The translations under genes and the position numbers were made by a program. The notes beneath the pieces were generated by a model that was not told the DNA's origin, made no database searches, and worked only from the letters and a program-made list of their open reading frames with translations. This document shows, in pieces, positions 57,544 to 64,000 of a stretch of DNA of 64,000 nucleotides (position 1 is its first letter; each line of letters begins with the position of its first letter). This DNA comes from Deltaproteobacteria bacterium (GTDB taxonomy: Bacteria; Myxococcota_A; Polyangia; Polyangiales; Ga0077539), in the NCBI GenBank assembly GCA_947477565.1, contig CANJUR010000008.1, forward strand, positions 14,265 through 78,264. Direction: 5' to 3'.

Positions 57544-60170
57544 CGCGCACCTCCCACGGAAAGCAATGAACGGCGTCTCCGGCGGCGCAGGCAGACCAGC
57601 ACAACGCCCGCAGCGAGCATCCAACGCTCGGCCGGTGCACTGGCCCCACGGGTGGCGACCGAGCAACTTCCTCCAGAGCCTACAACCCGATCACGAACCA
57701 GCGGCGTGAGCGTCGGATCTACGCATTGCCCACTGCGGCAGACGACGTTGGAGCCCCCTCCGCAGACGACGCCCGAACACGGATCGTCCACCAGCACTCC
57801 GTTGCGACACACCCGGCCGGGCTGCGCCCCGATGTTCTGGCACGCATCGGTTTGGCACGAGCCGCGACCGGAGACGACGGTGCAGATCGTGCCGAGGTCG
57901 CAGAGAACCCCCTGACACGGATCGGCGACGCAGGCGCCATTCACGCAGGACTGGGTCATGGGGCACCGGGTCGTCGCACAGGACGGGACGCACAGCGCTG
58001 CACCGCCCACGCCCGGACGACAGAATTGACCAGCTGGGCAAGTGTGCTGAGTGCATCCGTTGTTGACGCAGGTACCCGCGCGGCAGATCTGGCTGCCCAT
58101 GCAGCCGAGGCCGTAGCAGTTGTTCTCCACGCAGCTCGCGCGACCTTCCCGAACGTTGCAAACCAGGCCCGTCGGACAGGTCATCGCGGAGCATTGATCG
58201 ACGCAGCGGTCACCCAGACAGATCTGCGAGGGCGAGCAGATCTCCGCGCCGCACAACGGAGGCACGCAGAAGTTTTCGCGGTTGCACACCAGCCCGATCG
58301 AGCACGGAAACTCTCCCGGTATACAGGGAGTGCGGCACTGACACGCCACGCAGCGTCCGCCGCCCGGACAGAAGTTCCCAGCGCCCGCCACGTCCTCGTC
58401 GATCATCCCGTCGCAGTCGTCGTCCATGCAGTTGCAGCGCTCGGGCGTGCCCAACACGCCGCCCTCGCAGGCGAGTCGGCCTTCGCGGCAGCGCAGTGTT
58501 CCGGCCCGGCATAACGGCGCGCCGTCGGCCGCGGTGCTGCAGGTAGCGCCTCCGCCTGGGTTGCCCTCGTCGATCAGCCCGTTGCAGTTATTGTCGAGTC
58601 CGTCGCAGATCTCGTCTCGCCGCATGGTCTCGTTGGCGTTGCAGACGAAACGCCCTCCGCGGCACTCGAACATCCCGGCCCGACAGACGCCCCGCGCGAG
58701 GCCGCACGTCCCCGCCACAGCGATACCGTTGTCCACGGTGCCGTCGCAGTCGTTGTCCACACCGTCGCAGACCTCCGGGCGCGGCTGCGGCGCATTGCAT
58801 ACGAAGCGCCCGCCCACGCAGATGGCCATGCCCGGACCGCAGCGAAGTTCGCCGGCGGCGCAGGGCCGCGCGGGAACGTCCTCATCCACCAGGCCATCGC
58901 AATCGTTGTCGATTCCGTCGCAGACCTCCGTCGCAGGCCCTGGCGCCGAGCAACTTCCCCACGTACCGGCGGCGCACTCCTCGCGACCCGATCCGCACGT
59001 GGTTGTGCACGGCCGCGAGAGACCATCGTCGACGCGGCCGTTGCAGTCATTGTCGCGGTTGTCGCAGACCTCCGGAATCGGCGCGGTGCTCACGCAGTCT
59101 CCCCACGCACCTGCGCTGCAGTACTGCGTCCCGGCTCCGCATTCGCCGGTGCAAGCGCGCGCCACGCCCTCGTCGATGGTGCCGTTGCAGTTGTTATCAA
59201 CGTTGTCGCAGACCTCTACCGACGCCGGGCCCGGGGCGCAGGTCACCGGCGAACCGCTCTGACAGTTGTTCACCGAGCGAAGACACGCGCCCACGCCGCA
59301 GGTCGTCGAGCCGAGGCCATCGTCCACGATGCCGTTGCAGTTGTTGTCACGTCCGTCGCAGGTTTCTGGCACCGGGTTGCAGGTCGGAACCATCCCAATG
59401 GTGCGCACCAGCACGTCTTCGAAGTCGTTGTCGCCCCCGCGAAACAGATCTTCCCATCCGAAGTAGTACCCGTCACGGAAGGTGCGCGACGAGTAGATGA
59501 GGAAGTGCACGTAGTCGCCGTCGTCGTTGATGCTGTTGTCGGTTGAGTAGACGCGGCGGTCGGTCGCAGATTCCGCGGCGCAAATGGTGTCCGCACCGTC
59601 GGCCACCGGCTCCGGAGTCATGATGTAGAAAGCGATCGGGCCGCCGCGCCATGCAGCTCGACTGCGAAGGCAGTCGAAGTCGAGTTCGACGATGTTGGGA
59701 TTCACCCAGTGGACGCAGATGCCGTCCGCAGGGATCGCTCTGCGAGGCCCCGCGGGACAGGGACAGTCGCAAGGCGCGACGAGGTCGCGACAAGCAAAGA
59801 TCTGCCGACGCGACGCGGCCACGAAGGGACTGTCACCGACGTTGTACCAACCGAAGCGGTTCTGGTATCCGGCGCCTTCGCCGACCATCGTGAACTGCGC
59901 GATGCGTCGGCCGTCACTGCGCACCGAGGGGACAAACGTCTGCGGGGCGATCGCGGCGTTGGCGACGGCGTTGAGGACCCCGGGGCCCTCCCCCGGAGCT
60001 GGATTTCCCGCAGTCGGCACAAGGTCAGCGCGCTTGTCGAGACACGCTTGCAGGGCGTCGGTCTGCGGAACAATCACCCCGTCGACCTGATTGATAATCG
60101 CCTGCGCCGGTGGGCTGAAGAGCGCGAACACACCCATCAGGGCGAGGAAAATACCCGTACGAAACCGCAT
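57540..60170 (-). CDS. surface protein: DUF4114-like N-domain, MopE-like Cys repeats, further Cys-rich stalk, MYXO-CTERM-type sorting tail
   Basis: Signal peptide MRFRTGIFLALMGVFALFSPPAQA. GWEDLFRGGDNDFEDVLVRT resembles the DUF4114 signature. There are about seven CDGxDNxC(D/N)G repeats. The C-terminus is GSGGSCSVA...WMLAAGVVLVCLRRRRRR. It has an ATGA overlap with the downstream gene. Confidence 0.8.
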   Translation of the reverse strand: MRFRTGIFLALMGVFALFSPPAQAIINQVDGVIVPQTDALQACLDKRADLVPTAGNPAPGEGPGVLNAVANAAIAPQTFVPSVRSDGRRIAQFTMVGEGAGYQNRFGWYNVGDSPFVAASRRQIFACRDLVAPCDCPCPAGPRRAIPADGICVHWVNPNIVELDFDCLRSRAAWRGGPIAFYIMTPEPVADGADTICAAESATDRRVYSTDNSINDDGDYVHFLIYSSRTFRDGYYFGWEDLFRGGDNDFEDVLVRTIGMVPTCNPVPETCDGRDNNCNGIVDDGLGSTTCGVGACLRSVNNCQSGSPVTCAPGPASVEVCDNVDNNCNGTIDEGVARACTGECGAGTQYCSAGAWGDCVSTAPIPEVCDNRDNDCNGRVDDGLSRPCTTTCGSGREECAAGTWGSCSAPGPATEVCDGIDNDCDGLVDEDVPARPCAAGELRCGPGMAICVGGRFVCNAPQPRPEVCDGVDNDCDGTVDNGIAVAGTCGLARGVCRAGMFECRGGRFVCNANETMRRDEICDGLDNNCNGLIDEGNPGGGATCSTAADGAPLCRAGTLRCREGRLACEGGVLGTPERCNCMDDDCDGMIDEDVAGAGNFCPGGGRCVACQCRTPCIPGEFPCSIGLVCNRENFCVPPLCGAEICSPSQICLGDRCVDQCSAMTCPTGLVCNVREGRASCVENNCYGLGCMGSQICRAGTCVNNGCTQHTCPAGQFCRPGVGGAALCVPSCATTRCPMTQSCVNGACVADPCQGVLCDLGTICTVVSGRGSCQTDACQNIGAQPGRVCRNGVLVDDPCSGVVCGGGSNVVCRSGQCVDPTLTPLVRDRVVGSGGSCSVATRGASAPAERWMLAAGVVLVCLRRRRRRSLLSVGGAR

Positions 60171-60318
60171 TCGATCTGCTCCTGCGCCAGTCGGAGTGCG
60201 CTGCCATCGTGGTTCCGACGAGGCCGGACTCTTTCACGGTCCCCATTTCGTCTCAAGGCACTCGTGGCTCCCGGACTGATCTGCCGCAAGCGCTCGACAT
60301 CGGAGGGAAAAAAGCGCG

Positions 60319-61239
60319 TCAGCCCCGCTCAGACCGTCCCCCGCTCGCCATCGCCCAGCCTCGCGGGTGCAGCACGACCATGCGTGATTCCTCATCGAGC
60401 GCGGCCCACCTGCGCCGCGCCATCGTAAGCGCAGCGCTGTTTTCCGCAGCACGAAACGACTGGAGGCATCGCTCGAACGCCGCGACGCGATCGCGCGGCG
60501 TCCCGAGGCGGCGCACCAGCAACGAGCGCACGTGGCCAGAGAGAGCAAGAGCGGCGGGAGGGTCCAGTACCCCGCCCGAGATGGAGGTCGCGACCATGGG
60601 GCAGTGACCATCAAGCGGGCTCAAGCGAGCACGCAGAACACGCATCGCTGTCGCTACGGCGAGAGTGCGATCGGGATCTTCGGGCCCGGGGTCGAGGTCA
60701 AACGGTGGGAGTTCGTCGGACCGGTGAAGTAGAGCCAGCAGCGCGGGGGCGCGCCCGTGAGGGGGAGTCCATCCGCGAGAGAGCGCGAGGAGATCGTCGA
60801 TGTCGTCGTCGATGCCAGCATCGACCTCCGTCGCGGAGAAAACCGCGATCAGCAAGTCCGGAGGATCGGGCGCAAGCGCGTCGCGAAGCTGCGTCCTGAG
60901 CTGCGGACGGCCCGCGGCGCGGAGTCCCGGCGTGTCATGAGCGATGAGCGTTCCGGCCCAGGAGACTTGCGCGCAAGAGATCGCGAGGTCTTCGCCCGTG
61001 GAGGCGAAATCGGCCAACGCGAGCGCCACGGAAGACTTGCCCACCGCGCGGCGTCCGACGAAGGCCATGGAAGGTACCCAGCCCTGGGCGGGCACCTGCC
61101 CCAGTCGGAAGCGCGCCAGCGCGGTCCAGGGCGGGCGCTCGATCGACGACTCGATGCCAGGCACAGGCGGCACGAACTCACCAAGACAGAGAGCCATCTC
61201 GCGGGCTGCGGCGAACGGGTCGCGGACGACATCACTCAT
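60319..61239 (-). CDS. soluble P-loop GTPase paralogue with degenerate G4 motif
   Basis: G1 is GRRAVGKSS and G3 is DTPG. HRSDELPP stands where the partner has TKVDELPP. It is clearly paralogous to the upstream gene (RPQLRTQLRDALAPDPPDLLIAVFSATEVDAGIDDD versus RPERREEIARALQAERPDVLLWLFKASQVDAGVDED). The ATG at 61237-61239 overlaps the upstream gene by 8 bp. Confidence 0.7.
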   Translation of the reverse strand: MSDVVRDPFAAAREMALCLGEFVPPVPGIESSIERPPWTALARFRLGQVPAQGWVPSMAFVGRRAVGKSSVALALADFASTGEDLAISCAQVSWAGTLIAHDTPGLRAAGRPQLRTQLRDALAPDPPDLLIAVFSATEVDAGIDDDIDDLLALSRGWTPPHGRAPALLALLHRSDELPPFDLDPGPEDPDRTLAVATAMRVLRARLSPLDGHCPMVATSISGGVLDPPAALALSGHVRSLLVRRLGTPRDRVAAFERCLQSFRAAENSAALTMARRRWAALDEESRMVVLHPRGWAMASGGRSERG

Positions 61240-62467
61240 CGGGCTTCGTGAGATCCGGGGGAGGCCCCTCCGCGGCGGCCGCAACGAAGTCCGCCCGCGC
61301 CTCGATGGCGCTCGCGCCGTCGATGAAATATCGCACTGCGGCGACGCCGAGGGCCCAGGTTCCGGTCGCCGCCACGGCACCGGAGATCGTCGCCCCGACG
61401 CCTGGAATCAGCTTGAGCGCCGCCCGCACGGCCTCGCGCAGCCCGACACCGGCACCGACGGTCGCGCCCATGACCGCGAGCCACTCACTGACCGCCCGCG
61501 GGCCGAGCGAACGACCCGACGCATACACAATGCCCGCGAGCATGGTCGATTGCAGTGGGATCAACACCGCGAGATCCGCGATCGGCAGCGGCGTCGCACC
61601 CACGACGAAAGACACGCTCGTCGCCGTGCCGACGAGGCGCATCGCCACCTTCCGCCGCACCGTCCGAGCCCGCTCGAATGCCCGCGCCGCCTCGATCTGC
61701 GCCGACACAGGGAGCGCTTGATGAATCTCCATCGCGAGCGCGTCGAGGTTCCACCGCCAGTCGGTCACGGCGGACTCTTCGACGAAGCGTTGCCAGGTAC
61801 ACACAGCCACGATTGGCAGTTCCAATCCGGTGACCCGCTGGACGTGCCCGCGAAGCGCATCTCTCGCCCGTTGGATGGCTGCTCTTTTCGCCGTGTCACA
61901 GTCATACGGCGGAGCGCGTCGCTCGGTCGGCGGCAGTTCGTCAACCTTGGTGATCACGACGACCACCGGCACCGGCCCGTCGACGCCCGTGATCGCGGCG
62001 CGCAGCACAACCAACTCGGCGAGGTCTTCATCGACGCCCGCATCGACCTGACTCGCCTTGAAAAGCCAGAGCAGTACATCTGGACGCTCCGCCTGCAGGG
62101 CGCGCGCGATCTCCTCCCGACGCTCGGGACGGGCACCCGCCCGGAGCCCCGGCGTATCGAGCCAGCGTACCTGTCGCCCTTGCACCGCGAGATCGATCCA
62201 CGTCGGCGCCACGGTGGTGTCCTCGACCGCGCCGACGGTAAGGAGTTCCCGCCCCAGGAGCGCATTGCCGAGCGACGACTTCCCACTGCCCCGCCGTCCC
62301 AACACCGCGACCCTCGGCGCGCGGCGGCCCACGAGCAGCGCACGCAGATCGCGCAGTTCGTTGATTACCTTCTGGGCACCAGGAATGCGCTTCAGCAACT
62401 CCTCGAGGTCGTCGAGGGTCTGGGCCGCGTCGCGGGTGTCGGGCGGAGGACTCTGGTCAGACGCCAT
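61232..62467 (-). CDS. P-loop GTPase with C-terminal DUF697-like membrane domain
   Basis: G1 is GRRGSGKSS, G3 is DTPG and G4 is TKVD. The C-terminal Gly/Ala-rich hydrophobic region is LVGTATSVSFVVGATPLPIADLAVLIPLQSTMLAGIV...LIPGVGATISGAVAATGTWALGVAAVRYF. I chose the start at MASDQSPPP (ATG 62465-62467). Confidence 0.75.
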   Translation of the reverse strand: MASDQSPPPDTRDAAQTLDDLEELLKRIPGAQKVINELRDLRALLVGRRAPRVAVLGRRGSGKSSLGNALLGRELLTVGAVEDTTVAPTWIDLAVQGRQVRWLDTPGLRAGARPERREEIARALQAERPDVLLWLFKASQVDAGVDEDLAELVVLRAAITGVDGPVPVVVVITKVDELPPTERRAPPYDCDTAKRAAIQRARDALRGHVQRVTGLELPIVAVCTWQRFVEESAVTDWRWNLDALAMEIHQALPVSAQIEAARAFERARTVRRKVAMRLVGTATSVSFVVGATPLPIADLAVLIPLQSTMLAGIVYASGRSLGPRAVSEWLAVMGATVGAGVGLREAVRAALKLIPGVGATISGAVAATGTWALGVAAVRYFIDGASAIEARADFVAAAAEGPPPDLTKPDE

Positions 62468-62616
62468 GGATGTTGGAGCAATCGTACGACGGGCCTGCGA
62501 GACGGCCAGCGATCGCACGCAGACCGCAGGAATATTCAATCGCCCGACGCTACCCGTGGCCTCCGTCATCGAGCCTATTGCGGAAGATCAAGCCATCGGC
62601 GAAGGATACGCGGGCC

Positions 62617-63600
62617 ATGTCTAAACCCCACTCCCGCTGGTCCATAGCCCTGCTCACCGCACTCTCCCTCGGCAGCGCCGCCGAGGCTCAGCGAATGATC
62701 TCCGTCGCCACCCTCGCCCCGAGCGGATCGACATGGATGCGCGGCCTCGATGCCGCCAACCGCGAACTGCGACGCCGCACCAACGGCGCAATCGCGCTGC
62801 GCTTCTATCCGGGCGGAGTCCAGGGTGACGAGTCCGAGGTCGTGCGCAAGATGCGACAGGGTCGGCTCGACGCCGCAGTGGTCACGGGCACGGGTCTCGG
62901 ACTCATCCATCGCCCGACGTTGGCGTTCATGCTCCCGGGGGTGTTTCCCAACGCCGCGGCGATGCAGCGCTCGCGTGCGGCCCTTAGCGACGAGGTTGAG
63001 CGGCAGTTTGCTGCAAGCGGATTCGTACTCGTCTCCTGGGGTGCAGGCGGCACGCCGCGGCTCTTCTCGCAGCGCGCCATCCGGACCCCCACCGACCTCC
63101 AGCAAGTCCACCCGTGGATCTGGCGCGACGACGTGATTCTTCCCGCGCTCTATGGAGAGGCGGGAGCGCGGGGGGTTCCGCTGGCGCTCCCGGAGGTGCT
63201 CTCGGCGCTGCAGACCAACCGCATCGACACCTTCATCGCGCCTCCACTGGCCGCGCTCGCGCTGCAGTGGTCGACGCGGGCCAGTTTCGTCTCCGAGGGT
63301 GCCAACAGCTACGGCATCGGTGGAATCGTCGTGTCACGCCGCGCCTGGGACACGCTGCCGGCCGACCAGCAGACGATCACGCGGGAAGTCATCCAGCAGT
63401 TCAACACCCTCATCGGGCACAACGTCGAGCGCGACGACGTCAGTGCGTTGCGCGCCATGACCACGCGCGGCATGCAGGAGGTGACCTACACCGCGGCGGA
63501 GCGCACCCAGTGGGCAACGCTCTTCCAACGCACACGTGCACGCCTTGTCGGCACCGTCTCGGACGCCGCCTGGATGGAGCGGGTCCGCACAGGACACTGA
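62617..63600 (+). CDS. TRAP-transporter DctP-like solute-binding protein (orphan)
   Basis: Signal peptide MSKPHSRWSIALLTALSLGSAAEAQ and SVATLAPSGSTWMRGLDAANRELRRRTNGAIALRFYPGGVQGDESEVVRKMRQGRLDAA, a DctP-like pattern. No DctQ or DctM gene is adjacent. Confidence 0.7.
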   Translation: MSKPHSRWSIALLTALSLGSAAEAQRMISVATLAPSGSTWMRGLDAANRELRRRTNGAIALRFYPGGVQGDESEVVRKMRQGRLDAAVVTGTGLGLIHRPTLAFMLPGVFPNAAAMQRSRAALSDEVERQFAASGFVLVSWGAGGTPRLFSQRAIRTPTDLQQVHPWIWRDDVILPALYGEAGARGVPLALPEVLSALQTNRIDTFIAPPLAALALQWSTRASFVSEGANSYGIGGIVVSRRAWDTLPADQQTITREVIQQFNTLIGHNVERDDVSALRAMTTRGMQEVTYTAAERTQWATLFQRTRARLVGTVSDAAWMERVRTGH

Positions 63601-63741
63601 CTCCTCTCTGCCCTCACCGGCGCGATCGCCCATCGTCGGTGTCGCCCTTCACGATCCCGGCTTTAAATCCCCTTTCAACCCGACATAACGAAGAGCTCCT
63701 GCCCACTCATCGCAGTGGCGGGAGCCTCGTTGCGGCAGAGT

Positions 63742-64000
63742 TCAGGTGACGGTTCGGGAGATCGCCGGCCGCGGCCCCGCAGCGCCTTGCTCGGCGGCGG
63801 AGAGTTCACCCAGGCGTCTCAGAAACCGAAACGTGTAGATGCCCGAACTGTGCCCGTCGCCCCAGTTGAAGAGCAGCGCGTAGGAGCCGACCTCCTCGAG
63901 CGTGACGATCTCGGCGTTGTTTCCTGGGATGAACTTGATCTCACCCGAGTGGCCCTGACATCCCGCACAGGGGCAGTACCCGCGCAAGAACGCATTGGGC
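63742..64000 (-). CDS. DUF971 (gamma-butyrobetaine hydroxylase-like N-terminal domain) protein, 5'-truncated by window edge
   Basis: ...NAFLRGYCPCAGCQGHSGE...EEVGSYALLFNWGDGHSSGIYTFRFLRRL is typical DUF971. The reading frame is still open at position 64000. Confidence 0.75.
   Translation of the reverse strand, partial: PNAFLRGYCPCAGCQGHSGEIKFIPGNNAEIVTLEEVGSYALLFNWGDGHSSGIYTFRFLRRLGELSAAEQGAAGPRPAISRTVT

Noticed and set aside
60308-60313. A6/T6 run just after the GTPase-B stop as an intrinsic terminator
   Set aside because: I could find no stable GC-rich stem immediately upstream of the T-run on the minus strand. I left it as an open possibility only.
63601-63741. Imperfect inverted repeat (ctcctgcccact...agtggcgggag) between the convergent TRAP-SBP and DUF971 genes as a terminator
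   Set aside because: Only a 5-bp perfect stem (CCACT/AGTGG) pairs cleanly and the extensions need mismatches or bulges. This is too weak to annotate.

Overview
High-GC (roughly 70% by eye), gene-dense bacterial chromosome segment. I support 57 protein-coding genes (two cut by the window edges), one disrupted response-regulator pseudogene, three short tandem-repeat tracts and one hairpin pair. I saw no rRNA, tRNA, CRISPR array or bounded mobile element. A MYXO-CTERM-type tail, 'CDGxDNDCDG' cysteine-rich repeats, an AgmX/PglI-type C-terminal domain, a giant multidomain Ser/Thr kinase and many lipobox lipoproteins point to Myxococcota; this is inference, since no search was run. Housekeeping genes (rplS, dnaG-rpoD, ung, pssA, rsmE, pip) are interspersed with an unusually dense set of secreted or lipoprotein cysteine-rich proteins. 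The most interesting candidates follow. (1) A tightly packed four-gene + strand block (34279-39206) runs phosphoglycosyl transferase, SGNH hydrolase, phosphodiester glycosidase, then a 536-aa lipoprotein made almost entirely of about 17 tandem cystine-knot-like modules (about 19% Cys). (2) Two paralogous, 8-bp-overlapping GTPase genes (60319-62467), one with a DUF697-like membrane tail and one with a degenerate G4 motif, lie directly upstream of two giant Cys-repeat surface proteins (54727-60170). (3) Two different sets of 21-bp direct repeats sit in one divergent intergenic region (32126-32336). (4) An ECF sigma/anti-sigma/envelope operon faces a hypothetical-IPT/TIG-cytochrome c peroxidase operon. 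All family calls come from motif recognition by eye and none has been confirmed by a database search. Many long antisense ORFs in the track are high-GC artefacts and were rejected.
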